Positions 41,397 through 53,774 of a stretch of 64,000 nucleotides of DNA are shown piece by piece (position 1 is the stretch's first letter; each line of letters opens with the position of its first letter). Where the stretch lies: positions 1 through 64,000 of the forward strand of contig JBFLGF010000014.1 of the NCBI GenBank assembly GCA_050230475.1, given 5' to 3'. Made by a program: the position numbers and the translations under genes. The notes beneath the pieces were generated by a model. That model searched no databases and was not told the origin of the DNA. It saw only the letters and a list, made by a program, of their open reading frames with translations. Source of the DNA: Ancylonema sp. (lineage: Eukaryota).

Positions 41397-44300
41397 TGTG
41401 AGAACTTTCTTCTGCCATCGATGCAAGAATAAAGTTCACTTCTTCTTAATCTCTTTGAATCAAGCAGATCACGTCATTAAAAACGTTGACACAACAAATG
41501 TGCAAGTTTGAAGTAGAAAGTATTGATTACAGAATTCAGCATGCAAGCTCAGACCTAATACAGTCGATTGCTGCCTGGTCAAAGAATCTACTGCTATCGA
41601 AACTACTTCGTCAACTGCCAATCATATCTAAGCATTCTGCCACATCAACTAGTTCAACACTTGTGCCAGATGGATCATTGAAACAAGGACATCGGCCTGC
41701 AGCCGGCCTGCAACCTGCCTGCAGCCTGCATTTGCTGAATAACGACAAAACTAAAGCTAAATTTCCGGTAATGCTAAAATCGATATAACGACAAAAGTTC
41801 ACAGCCCCTAAAAACTAACACCCCCTCCCTGGGTATTTTTGTATTTCCCCTCCAAAAACGATAACCAAAACGATATCGATTTTACAAACACAAGTCGACA
41901 AAAACTCATTAAAAGTAAGAACCTCAACAAAATAAACGGATCAATGAACCATCTACAATTATTTTTCATACACCAACCCCACCAGATCACAATTCTTCTT
42001 CAATCAACACCTTGACAGACACTGGTTTTGTCAACATATCAGCAGCCTGGTCTTCACTCTTGACAAACTGTAGACTGGTTTTTTTCTTGGACACCCTCTC
42101 TCGAATGGAATGATACTTGATCTCGATGTGTTTGGAGCGCTTGTGAAAAATAGGATTTTCAGCAAGTTTCAAAGAACTCTCATTGTCTCCCAGCAATAGC
42201 ACACTCCCCCCACCAATTCCTAACTCCTTTTGCATCTGGCTCAAATAAATGGCCTCATTTCCAGAGCACTCAATGCCAAATACTCACTTTCACAGCTTGA
42301 GTGTGTGACTGTCTCCAGGAGACCACTTTTCCAGCTCACAGCAGCTGCTCCACTAAGAAAGACATACCAGTTCTCCCCTTCCTAGTGTCGACGTCGTCAC
42401 CATGACTAGCATCTGACGATGACAGGCAAATCACCTCTTTTCTTATACATCAGCCCCAAATTGACAATTTCCTTGAGATATCGCAAAACTCTCTTGACCC
42501 CCTCCCAATGCTTGTTCCCTGGCTGCTGACTGTATTGACACAAGGAGTTAACAGCAGCTGCCAGATCAGGTCTTGTTCCAGAAGAGAGATACAGCAAACT
42601 GCCCATTGCAGACTTGTAGCCCACACCCTCTATTCCAGCAGATTCAGAAGCAGATTCACCACAGTTTCGTTTGCAGAAAATTTTACACCCAGCTCAAGCA
42701 GCAGAATTGCAATCTTGCATCCCAAGCTTGGTGAGGAGATCTCTGGCATATTTCTCTTGCACCAAAAACACGTTTCCATCAGACTGCCGTCGAATCTCAA
42801 GCCCCAGCAAGAATTTCGCTTCCCCCAAGTCTTTCATGTTATACTTCTTTCCCAGCCCTCTTTTCACCCCAAAAATAGTATTATCCACCTTGATGCAGAG
42901 GAGAAACACATCATCCACATAGAGCACCAAGTAGAGTGCTTCTGACCCTTCTCCCAGAATGTGAAGGCCAAAATAAGCTAGACGATGAAACTGCAAGCTT
43001 TTCAGCGCGTCGTCGATGTGTTGATTCCATCCTCTCGGTGCCTGCTTGAGGCCATACAAGCACCAGAGTAGTAGCCACACCAAATAGGCTTCACCAGGCC
43101 CACACGTGCCGTCAGGAGCCTCCATGTACACCTCCTCTTCCAGCGGTGCATAGAGAAAAGCTGTCGTTACATCCATCTGATGCATGTGTAGACCCCTGGA
43201 AGCTCCCATGGCAACAAGTTGGCGAATGCTCTCAAAACGAACAGTTGGAGAAAAGGTCTGATCGTAGTCCTCTCCCTCTACTTGACTGATGAACCCCTTA
43301 GCCACAACTCTTGCTTTGTATTTTTCTACAGAACCACCATCTGCATTGAATTTGATCCTGAACACCACCCACTTTGACTTCACAACAACTTTCTCCAGAA
43401 ATGCCCCCTCCGAGACCAACACTACCCCCTCCTGCTCCTTGATCAACTGCATCCAGATCTGGCCATGACATTTTTGTTTCTGCAACTGGCTCATGCACTC
43501 TTGCCTTCTTGCCAATTTTCTGACCCCTCCACCAGCTTTGCTTAATAGATTCATCGAAGTCTGCATGACCAGTGCCAACGTTGTGTATTTTGTTCGTTGC
43601 AGGATCCCAGACTCGGTAGCAAGGAGTGTCGGGATTCCATCCAACTAAACACCAAGCCAAGCCAGCGCACTCATTTTCCCAGCCCGATCTTGTTTCAGAC
43701 AAGGAGCTGCATCATCTTTGCTGCGAAGTATTTCCACCCAGGATTTTCGGCTGTATTTATCGACGAGCACCATGTTGTACATTCCTTTCCCTATTGATGC
43801 TGGATTGAACGGCCCTGCCAAGTCCACCGACACACTTCCCAGGCAGCCTTGTTCTCCTTCACCAACTTCTCGTCGAGGATGAGGTTTGTCGTGTGCCTTC
43901 CCCAGCTTGCACCCAGTTTACAGAACTCCTGAGATGCCTCCTTCGAGTCCTCGTACAAGATGTTGTTGTGCCACATTTTTGAGCACTCTCTCATTTGCAT
44001 GCCCAAGTCTCGTGTGCAGGAGGTCGATTTCGACTGCAGCTACAACAGCTTCCCCTTCAGTAAGAAGTTGTGGATGTCGAACCGGTGTGCAGATTAGAGT
44101 TTTTCGACCTGTCGATGTTTCGTGCAGAGTGCAGACTTGTTGTCCAAATTTGTTGTAAACTATAATGATGCCACCAGCTTTTCCACTGCAAGTGTAAGAC
44201 CACCCTGCTTCTCTGGCTTTCTGACCGCTGAACAAATTAATGCGCATCCCAGGAATACAAACCTTTCTTGAGTGTTACTCCTCCACACTCTCCCTCAGTA

Positions 44301-45985
44301 TTCAACTCAATTGCCCCACTGCTTCACTCGCACACTTCCGACCAGATGATGAATGATGCTCGTGTGGAATGTCTTCGATGATTTTGAAAAGATTTTTTAT
44401 GCCCACAAGAATGGTGACTGGAACCATCGTCGAAAAGGAAATCTTTCTCTGCATCATCATCATCTGCAACATTTCCTTCACAAATTTTGGAGCGATGACA
44501 GCTTCTCCATGACCACACCTCTTCTCCTCATCGATTTCGCCAACGAAAGTTGTTTTTCTCCCAGTGCGTACCCCCTTTCTCTGCATTCGTGGAGCCTCGT
44601 TTTTCTTGTCGAAACATGTGAATTCCACATGACCCATGGCTCCACAATATCTGCATTCTTCGTTTTTCTTGGAGCAGTCTCTGCTATAGTGACTTGTCTC
44701 TCCACAAGTATAGGAGGAATGTCCTCCACTTGATCCACTGCCTCCACCTCTGCCTCCACGACCACCTATGATTCCACGATTATCTGCTGAATACCCCCTG
44801 AATGTACCCCTGCCTCCACGATTGTCGATACCACCACCTCTGCCTTGGCTTGAAAATTTTTGTTGCGCTGACCACTTAGCATAGTTTGCCTCTACAACTA
44901 GTGCCTCAGCATCTTTGACATCCTTTTCTTTCTCGTCCAGCTCATCCATTCCCATCTGCCCCCAGCAGATCCAGTTGATCCCAGGTGCCTCTTTCTGTCC
45001 ATAGTAAAGCTTCTTCAACATGCCGTATTTTGTTCTTGACATGCCAGCAAACAATGCCATCACCTGGTCTTCTGCGCTGACTAGAAATTTTTGATGTACA
45101 CACTCTCTGATGATCGACAAAAAGGTATTCTTGATTTCTCTGACTGGCATCTTTTCATCAATCTTGAAAGAGTTCAGCTTTTCTTTTGCAATCTGTCGAA
45201 GTTCTGGAGATACCTTGTCATACTCCTCTGTCAGATAGTCCCACATCGCCTTTGGATCTCGTTCAAATTGTTCAAGTGATGTAGCGATGTCGTCACTAAC
45301 AAATTGCATGAGTAGCATGACTGCCTTCTTTGATCTTTTAAGGAAGCTTTTGACATCAAGTGTATACTGCTCCATTTTTGCTTCATTTGTTGGCCAGTGT
45401 TCATCATCATATCTGGCTGTAACCTCAGTTGGAATAGTCTTTGTTCCTTTGCAAATCTCAAGGCACTCAGCATCATCAAGAGTAGCTGAGGCCTTAGATC
45501 TCCATGCTTGAAAGGTAACTTTATCTCCATCCAGAATGCAGTACCACCGTGCTCTGATACCACTGTGAGTGCTTTCTTCGTCTGCCATCGATGCAAGAAT
45601 AAAGTTTACTTCTTCTTAATCTCTTTGAATCAAGCAGATCACGTCAACGTTGACACAATAAAAGTGCAAGTTTGAAGTAGAAAGTATTGATTGAGGAATT
45701 CAGCATGCAAGCTCAGACCTAGTACAGTCGATTGTTGCCTGGTCAAAGAATCTACTGATATCGAAACTACTTCGTCAACTGCCCATCATATCTAAGCATT
45801 CTGCCACATCAACTTGTTTTTATCGACACTTGTGCCAGATGGCCAAGTAATCATTGAAACAAGGACATCGGCCTGCAGCCGGGTTGCAGCCTGCATTTGC
45901 TGAATAACGACAAAACGAAAGCTAAATTCCCGGTATTGCTAAAATCGATATAACGACAAAAGTTCACAGCCCCTAAAAACTAACA
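41397..45985 (-). mobile_element. Ty1/Copia element with two LTRs (45564-45985, 41397-41820), PBS, gag (two CCHC knuckles, one degenerate) and decayed pol
   Basis: PBS TGGTATCAGAGC at 45551-45562. PPT agggaggggg at 41821-41830. Gag ORF 44302..45588 with CRYCGAMGHVEFTC. GAG-pre-integrase LHTRLGH. RT QMDVTTAFL and YVDD. RNase H KRSKHI and ADMLTK. Confidence 0.96.
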
Positions 45986-46710
45986 CTTTTTTATTTTTCT
46001 AGTGATTATGTGTGCGCGTGTGACATCGACTGGCACAATATCTTTATAGTTGAGCAAAACGTCACAAATTGCACAATCGGATGATAACCGTTGTAACGAA
46101 TGAACTTATATTTTTGCGCATAATTTTGTGCCGCATGTCTCGGGCAAGTGTTCCTATCCGTACATTGAAGAACGTGTGCGACAGAGATGGAACATTTCCC
46201 GCACCGTGTGGAGCCAACAATGTTGGATACTCAAGTTGCGCATATTGTAATGATAGACGCCTTAAAGAGTCTCTAGAAGTCGAGAAATGGAGATGGACGC
46301 GCGAACGGCATTATCAACAATCGAAGTCGTTGGGATATATAGCCAATGAGATTTTATACAAATTTTGGCAGCGATGTATGTTGTGTGTCATTGATTTTGT
46401 TGCCCGCTCTTCTTCACAAAAGTTGGTTTTTATTTTTTCCTTGGTTTACGACCACATTTTGATCACTATCGACGCAATAGGAAGTCACGCAAAACAAAGC
46501 ACAACTGCGGTACACGCTATAATGCCAACTATCGTCAACCTTAGCTGAAACACGCTTTACGTGCAATCACATAGTTGTCATCATGTGGTTTTTTTTTTTT
46601 TTTTGAACTTTCTAAAACTAAATAACCACCACGCACGTATACGACGTAGACTCCTTGACTTATTATTGGTACAAAGCAATAGCCGCTGCTCGAAGTATCA
46701 ATTGCAAGTA

Positions 46711-46948
46711 CCGTACAGGCCACACATAATGAACCGCAAATAATTATGAGAAGGGTGGGTCGGGTCATATTAAATAATTCATTTTTTCAAAAAAGTGGGT
46801 CATTCTATAATGTGGGTCACCATATAATAAATATTTTTCAGGATTTTTAGAAATTTTATATTGGGTGCGCGGGTTGGGTCAAGTGGTGGTTTTTTAGTTA
46901 AATTAATTCGTTTCTTAAAACCCGGGTCATTATGTATGGCCACTACGG
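46711..46948. mobile_element. MITE just downstream of NAA35
   Basis: Imperfect TIR CCGTA..GGCCACACATAATGA with left flank TA. Homologous to 25275-25515. Confidence 0.75.
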
Positions 46949-47066
46949 TGTTCCCGTTTGACGTCAATGCTGCAAAATTCAATTAAATGAGATGAACTCA
47001 ATCCTCTTTCTGAAGCCCAAGCTTGCTTTCTCAAGCCCAAGCTTGCTTTCTCAAGCTTCCACCCAA

Positions 47067-50000
47067 TCAGGTTGTTACACTCCTCCCTTGTTGCTTTTCC
47101 TTCGTACTTTTTAAGACCACTACCGGGAAGCACGGATGGAAAGATAAATCAAAAGTAGCTTTCAAAGATGGCCCTGGTCCCGCTCGATGTGCAACTTGTA
47201 GTCCTAAAGAGGATCTCATAGCCACTTGCTCCATTTGGGCGATTTCCTTCAACTGCTCAGATCGAACATGGTCGGACACTCCAGTATTCGCATGCACTCG
47301 TTGTCGCAGCGTTTTCGTTTGAATGATCGAGTGATCGAAGAGGTCAATCGCCATCTGGTAAACCTCCTGAACCTGCGGCGCGTTGTTTTTCCCCACATAT
47401 ACCAGACAGCCCCTCCCAGGTTTCACATCGCCTTCTTGCCCTCTCATGACAGTCTCATGCTCAATATAGTACTCTCATGGAGCCTTGGAGAATAACCTCT
47501 CCCTCCCCCTTTATACACATTCACAGTGTCCCTCTTGTGATCTCACCTCCAACCCCATACCAATCCCCTATTCCTCCGTCAAGACTCACAATGATGATAC
47601 TCTGACACCATCCAAGCACCATTCACACAAAACTCATATCTTACTTATTTACCCTTCCTTCTGTACCCGTGCCTTCCTCGCACATGCCTCTTCTCTTCCG
47701 TATCCATCCCCCCACTCCCCTGCTCACCGAGACTCCCATAATAGACGTCCCTGCTTTGAAACCCCGATACGGCATTGCCTCCGGAATGTGCACCTGCCCT
47801 AGAGGCGCAAACCGTTGCCTGTACCGCTGCACCCAGCAGAAGAGGGTAGGCAGCAGGCACAAGACACGCATGAGCAAACGCACGCACATCCCCCACAACC
47901 TGTGCTGTCCCTCACCTGTTTCTCAGAGTTCAGTCTGGTTGCACGGTGCAGCAGCTTGCCGTCCTCCTGTAGCGCCGCCACCAGCTGCCCCCCAACCTCC
48001 CCACCCTCCCATCTCAACCCACCACACCCTCTCCTGGTGTCCCCCCCCCCCCCCCCACGCCTCCCCTCTTCCTCACCCGTACCACCGCCTTGCACAGGCA
48101 CTGCTGGCAGCTCATCCACGCCAGGTCCAGGCTGCGCTCAAAGCCCCCCCCGTTCTTCTTCCTCTTCCCCTCCCCCCCCCCCCCCGGGCCGTACCACGCC
48201 CTCTCCCTGGCGTCCACATACTGCAGCAGCACCCCCCCCACGTGGTCCAGGTACCAGTAGACGTAGAGGAACTCGGGGGGGGAGTAGAGGGAGGCGTGGC
48301 ATCCCAGTAGGAGGTAGTGCATCTCCAGGCGACACACCTGCTCCGCACACCAGGAGAGGAGCACATTGGAGGGGTACCAGAGGGGGGGGTCCTGGGGACC
48401 GAACAGGGCCTTCAGCACAGGACTCTCTGCACCGACGCCAGCTGTCGCCTGCAAGGCAGAAACCCAACCCCACGGATCCCAACCCCCCGCCTCAGCGCCC
48501 TTGTTCCCTGTCCCCTTGTTGCTGCTCGATTGCGGGACCCACCATATGGAGGAGAGGCTCCCACTCTCCGCCCAGTTTCCCGATATCCCTCCGCTGACGC
48601 GCACGCGATCAGCTGAGCGCTCTGAGCACCCTGAGCTCCAACCGCAGAGCCCCGGCCAGGAAGGTGGCAAGGGGGGGGTCCATCTCTACTTGGTCTGCTG
48701 TGACGCCCCAGTCGCGCAGGAGGAGGGAAGACACAGAGTGATGCAAAGGATTCTCGCCGGCCAGGAAACCGTCGTGAAGGACCAGTTGCTGGGGAAGGGC
48801 CACAGAAAGTCCACAGACGACAGCTGTCAACACACGCTACCGTGTGCTGGGGGGGGGGGGGGGCGGATACACGTTCCTATACCTCTGGCCTACCTGCATG
48901 CGACACCTGGCAACCGGCCCCGGGTGTCCATTATGAAAGAGCAATATGTAGTGGTGCAGCTCCAGAGTCCTTCCACCCAGGGGGGCCATGCAGACCTGGC
49001 GCAGGTGGTCTAGAAGTTTCTGGAAGCTCATGCACGTCTGCCACCCACACCATCCTACACCCCTCAGCCCCCCCACTCCCAACCCCCAACCGCTTCCGAG
49101 TCTCTACCCACCTCTTCCCATGTGTAGGCTTGCAGCAGACGGGGAGGGGCCGCCGACAGAAGCTTCTGATTCAGATTTTCGTCCACTCCTACTGGATGCC
49201 GTCCGGATGACGTGGACACACAGGGACTGGGAGACACGCTCTCATTGGCTGGGGGTGAGGGGCGCATGTGGTCAAGCTCAGCGAGGGCAGCTGCGATGTG
49301 GTGAAGAGCAGATTGAAGACCCCCTTCCCGAGGCCGGTCCATACAGGACATGGAATGAAACAGAGCCTGGTGCAGGATTCAGGGTTCAGGGTTCATGGTC
49401 CAGGGTGTTAGGGTTCAGCGTTGGATGTTGGGGGTGATCTGGGCAAGTCGAGCCTGCCTGGCACCTTGTGGAAGCGGACCCTGTGCAGCAGCGCTTCAAC
49501 CACCCATGGTGGGCACGCCTCCCCCCCTTCCCCAGCCTCTGTGGTGATCCCACAACTTGCATCCGAGCCCAACTCGGGTCTCTGCTCCTCCCCTGTGCCA
49601 TTCCTGCTGCGCTCCAGCAGCTCCTCTGCTGCTGCCAGCGGCTGGAGGCTGCTCTCCTCCGAGTCTCCCTCCAGGGGCAGCCCCCAGGCGGTGGTGGCGA
49701 AGTCCTCATCCTCCCGCACGTCCGCCTTGAACACGTTGTTGCGCACCACGTTGCAGGTGGCGCGCACAGCGAGGCAGAAGGAGTGGAGGAGGGGGTTGGA
49801 AGACGTGCGTGCGATGTCACTCATGTAGAGAGAGGTGAAGACGGTCTGGGCAAGGGAGGCGCCGTTGTGCCATGCGGCCTGAGGTGCAACAGGAGGGGAG
49901 AAAACGATGGGGGTGCTTGTCAGGGAGGGCACAGACATGGCACGTGGCACACTTGTGAACTGCTCACGGCAGCAGCGAGGGCTTGCAAATCCTGCCGATT

Positions 50001-50828
50001 TTTTGCCATAAAAATGACGACACATTTTTTATGGTGGTTTAACTGGTGAAGAGTGATAGAGGTTCCTTGTGTCTGTTGGATGCGGAGAAGAGAAACCAAA
50101 CAGCAATAAGTCCAGAGGGGTGAATGCAAATGTGCACTGCAGTGCAGTATCCGACAGTCGACAGGCTTGGCAGAGAATTCGCTGTCAGACTCGGTGTCGT
50201 ATTTATTCCTGCCGCCCAATCTGACCTCACATGCGAGCACGTGGTCCATGACGTCCAGAAGCTGCAGCATGGAGAGGTGCAGTGGCGCAGCTCCTCCTGC
50301 CACAGCATCCTCCAGGCTCAACTGGCCAGCTGATGCCATGACGGCATCCCTCTTGGGGTCCATAATCTGACATCCGTGGAGGTATAGATGAAGCGGATAT
50401 GAGAAGATCCTGCCTGGCTACATCCATAGCAGCTCTGCATTGTTTCTACAGACCTCAAGAGCGGACATGGCTTCGTACAGGCTGAAGTCCTCGCCATGAA
50501 TTAGCTCCCCTGTTTTCATCTCTGATAGCAGACAGACGTTATTGTGTTAAGAGCGAAGGGCAATCTACAATCTTGAAAACATGGAAGAGGAGCCTAAAAA
50601 TAGAAAACAAAGTTACTAATTTAGTTGTATATGATCTGCAAATATCATACATAATCTACTTCAAATCTGAACGAAAGCATCCTGCAACACGTACGACCTC
50701 TCATGCGCACCTGATGATCCATCCTCGAGCAAGGCTGTCATGTCAACCCACTCCAGTGCCCGCTCCAGTGGACGAGAACCAGACAGCCCCCAATCGACCG
50801 CAGGTGAATTCTTCCGTACTTCCATCAT
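47067..50828 (-). CDS. NAA35: NatC auxiliary subunit NAA35/MAK10, about 11 exons; contains one in-frame TGA (48609-48611)
   Basis: Motifs WVDMT, GELIHGEDFSLYEAMSALEIMDPKRD, WHNGASLAQTVFTSLY, REDEDF, RARQRR, LLLG..SLYSPPEFLYVYWYL and FDLSFHPCFP. Introns are GT-AG and phase-compatible. Start codon uncertain. Confidence 0.9.
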
Positions 50829-51166
50829 CTACACAGCTTGAGAATCTCCAGCTCAGCAACCAATTCGGTTTTTTTTTGCTCAGAGGTTGTGCAAACACTT
50901 CACGAAGTATGCGTGAAGGAAGGGACAAATGGCGTTATGTTCAGGTCACCTGTCAAAAACAATCCTCAGCGTAAAGAGCTCCATGGCTCCAATGGTTCGC
51001 CTCCGCCCTGTCTAAGCGCCCTTCAAGATGCTCGGCGCGGTTTTGAGTGGGCGAGTTCTGGTGCAGTCCCTGGGGGAGGAGCTTCCGCCCGCCAAATTTC
51101 TGGGTAGTCCTGCTTAATGTAGCGTAACGTGGGATTTATTTATCAGATTCGATCGATTTGTTTTTA

Positions 51167-53774
51167 GGGGCCGTGTATCCGCACCCACTTTTCCTTATCC
51201 GCACCCAGTCGGCCAGTCGCGTACCGGCTGGTGATTTGGCCGTTTGAAACTTGCCGTCAAAAATAATTAGATAACCCGGACTGCACACGTGTAACAATAC
51301 TGCCACATCAGCGAAACGAAGACATTTGACGGTACCATCAGGCCACGATTTATCCGCCCATGATCAACTCTTCTTTACTTTTGAAGCGGAGATATGCGAT
51401 TTGTTCGCCTTTTTAAGGGCTTTCAGATTTGCTATGGTAATTAAAATTCTGACGTCGAAATAATTCAGGATCGTATAAATAGTGACCTGACCCCAAATTC
51501 CCCCCCCCAGAACAGCACATGTCGGAGTCCCTCGCGACGGGACATTCGACAGACCTACAAGTACGCGATCACTGACCGCTGACAGAAGACCGGACATGCT
51601 GCACGCATGCTGTACTTGGCGGGAGAAGTTTAAGTTTGAATGGGCCAGACCTATCAGACAAACCTCCTCAAAATTTTGTGAAATGTTGTGAACCTGATAA
51701 GGCCCCCAAGAATTCACAACATTTTTTGCCAGAGCCGCCTGGGGGACTGTTGTGAAATGTTGTGAACCAGCCGTTTCGTCCACGTAGGCACCACCACGTA
51801 TTCTAAATCTGGTGCGCTGGCATGCCAACTGTACAGTTTCTCAATGAAATCCCGAACCCGTTCTAAATAGAGAAAGACGCATTTTATTCAAGCACGATGG
51901 GANACGGGTGCATATTTCAGCGAGACAAGGTGATCCATCACGGAAACATCGGGGTTAACCACATCGAAAGCGGGTCTCCATCTATTTTTTTTGGGTCTTG
52001 GTGAAACGAAACAAACGTATCCGATCGGATACGAACTCGGCCGTTTACAACGTGATCACGAATTTTGCGAACAATATTTAGATTCGGGTACAAAATCACG
52101 AATAAATCACGAATTGGGCCCAACTTCTGGAGTCCACGTAGGCTGCCCAGTAGCAAAGCAATGCCCGTTGGGGTTGGGCCCACAATATTTAGAAAGGCCT
52201 AGTAATTCACAAATTTTCACAAGTTTTCAGGTCCACGTCGGACTGCCCACTGGCAAGAAATATGTCCGTTCGAGTCGAACGGACCTATTTCTTGGTTTTT
52301 CTTGGTTCCTAGGTGTTGAATCAGCGAGCGCAGTGCGCAGCGAGCGCATGAGCGCAAGATCATGCGCTCATGAGCGCATGAGCACAGGCATTCCCAAAAT
52401 CTGCCATGAGCGCAGCTCATGAGCGTGAGCGTATTAGAGCGCATGATCTGTGAAGCGCTCATGCGCTCATGCGCTCACATAGCGCTCATGCGCTCATTAT
52501 GCGCTCATTATGCGCAACTTCGGGATTGGAAAAAAATAAAAAAATGAATTGGAATAATTGGGAAATGTTACGCGCAGACTGGCAACGACTCCGCGCAGAC
52601 TACCGGCTGGCGATTTGGCCGTTTGAAACTTGCCGTCGAGTTACCCGGTACCACACGTAAAATCGATGCTGACGTTTTTCTTGGTAGTATCTCGGTTTAT
52701 CGTGGCATAATCGCCGCTGTACGTGAACCAGCGTCACCCGGCCCACGGCCTTAACCGATTCGGTTTCTTTACTACCTTCCTTGCCTGCCACGATTTATCC
52801 GCATCGAGTGCTTACTCAATCTTTCTTTAAAATTTTACGATGAAAATGTTGTTCTGACAATATTCTGTATTTTCTTGACAGAAAAAACAAAAAATGGTTT
52901 TTAAACTTCCTGTTGTACTGTTTGCGCGCGCTTTCTTGCCATATTATTGTTTTGTATACTGTGCTACATTCTGACGTCAAAATTATTTTTTGTAAATCAA
53001 TATCAAGAGAAGTTGAAACTAGGATTACACTGCGTGTCTCCGAATTCAATTTGGTTGCACAATCGCTCAGATCGGATAAATTTAAGGGCTGCGGATGACA
53101 ATAGCCCCCAGTGAAAGGTTCGCTGGCAGCGTCAGGGTGCAGTTGAGGTTGAATTGAGTGGGAAGGGAGGATACCAGACCTCGTGCTTCGTTTCGCTGAT
53201 GTGGCAGTATTGTTACACGTGTGCAGTCCGGGTTATCTAATTATTTTTGACGGCAAGTTTCAAACGGCCAAATCACCAGCCGGTACGCGACTGGCCGACT
53301 GGGTGCGATTACGCATTCTGCGCGCAGGATTTAGCCTGCGCGCAGTCGTTACCAGTCTGCGCGTAACATCTCCCTAATTGAATTGAATTGGAAGAATTAT
53401 TGGTTGGCCGCGCAACTCGGACCGGCGAGCGCATGATCTCAAGATCATTCGCTCATGAGCGCATGAGCGCATTAGCGCCGGCGTTTTATTCTAAGACCCC
53501 TTTTAATTATTCGGCCAGAATTAACCAAACTGAACGCATATCTTATGCCCGAATACCCCTCATTTTACGCTCATGCGCTCATGCACTCATTATGCGCTCT
53601 AACACGCTCACGCGCTCATGCGCTCATTTTGCGCTCTAATACGCTCATGAGCGTGATCTTGCGCTCAATTAGCTCGGAGCGCTGAGCGCAAGGGCTACCA
53701 CTGCGTTCGCCGATCCCTACGTTCGACCCTTTCACAACATTTCACAACATTTCACAAAATATTTAGAAAGGCCC
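51167..53774. repeat. Cluster of nested inverted-repeat (MITE-like) elements
   Basis: Perfect 122-bp inverted repeat 51200-51321 / 53186-53307. Inner TIR element 52560-53374 flanked by TAATT. GCGCTCAT-rich arms ~52320-52515 and ~53425-53714. TGTTGTGAAA motifs at 51670-51770 are mirrored at 53730-53760. Confidence 0.8.

Noticed and set aside
46069..46548. 159-aa ORF between the Copia and the MITE
   Set aside because: Non-ATG start, AT-rich, no recognisable motif. Cannot be supported as a gene.
47013..47056. 20-bp tandem duplication in the NAA35 3' UTR as a SECIS candidate
   Set aside because: No AUGA...GA core or apical AA loop is visible. A simple slippage duplication explains it.
47669..50049. 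Long plus-strand Pro-rich ORFs (213, 260, 215, 193 aa)
   Set aside because: They are antisense shadows of the GC-rich NAA35 gene and show no independent motifs.
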